A stretch of DNA of 64,000 nt, taken from NCBI GenBank assembly GCA_013265495.1, contig MU058221.1:1116001-1180000 (forward strand), given 5' to 3'. This document shows, piece after piece, positions 63,622 to 64,000 of the stretch; position 1 is the first letter of the stretch; each line of letters opens with the position of its first letter. This DNA comes from Vicugna vicugna. Its lineage: Eukaryota. A model generated the notes under the pieces. It saw nothing but the letters and a program-made list of their open reading frames with translations. It did not search any database and was not told where the DNA came from. A program made the translations under genes and the position numbers.

Positions 63622-63915
63622 GTTTTTTTTTAAGCTGATTTACAATGTTGTGTTAATTCAAGGTAAACAGCCTAGTGATTCAGTTATACATAAAAATATA
63701 CATATATATTATTTTTCAGACTCTTTTCCATTATAGCTTATTACAAGATACTGAATATAGTTCCCGGTGCTGTACAGTGGGTCCCTGTTGTTTATCTATT
63801 TTATGTATGGTACTGTGTTTATGTTTATCCCAACTCCTAATTTATCCCTTCCCCTCACTTTCCCCTTTGGTAATCATAGTTTTGTTTTTTTTTCCCCAAT
63901 GTCTGTGCACCTATT
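63622..63915 (-). mobile_element. L1 3'UTR (artiodactyl/camelid-type)
   Basis: Poly-T followed by 'gatttacaatgttgtgttaatt...ttattacaagatactgaatatagttcccggtgctgtacagt'. Confidence 0.88.
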
Positions 63916-63926
63916 TTTAAAAATAT

Positions 63927-64000
63927 ATTTTTATTGAAGTACAGTCAGTTTACAATGTTGTGTCAATTTCCGGTGTACAGCACAGTGCTTCAGTCACATG
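63927..64000 (-). mobile_element. Second, younger L1 3' end (runs off the window)
   Basis: 'tttttattgaagtacagtcagtttacaatgttgtgtcaatttccggtgtacagc'. Confidence 0.8.

Overview
Eukaryotic (mammalian) AT-rich genomic DNA with no intact protein-coding gene that I can support. Three tRNA-derived SINEs resemble the camelid type, so a camel or alpaca genome is likely (inference). A large share of the window is interspersed repeats: L1 fragments of several ages, L2, MIR, solo LTRs (ERV1, MaLR, ERVL), Tigger and hAT relics, and microsatellites. There is a CpG island at ~54.3-54.7 kb, and several TE-free, motif-rich segments look like enhancers. The most notable item is a ~1.7 kb decayed Mutator-like (MULE) DNA transposon at ~12967-14660. 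Read across stops and frameshifts it encodes a FLYWCH-like N-terminus and MULE transposase motifs. Its terminus carries ATTTGGTCC repeats unlike my recollection of Ricksha, the MULE family known in eutherians. Also notable are a candidate spliced transcript from the CpG island with a possible 20-aa ORF, a ~160-bp local duplication, and a CCAAT/octamer-rich solo LTR. All repeat family names come from recalled consensus sequences, not from a database search.
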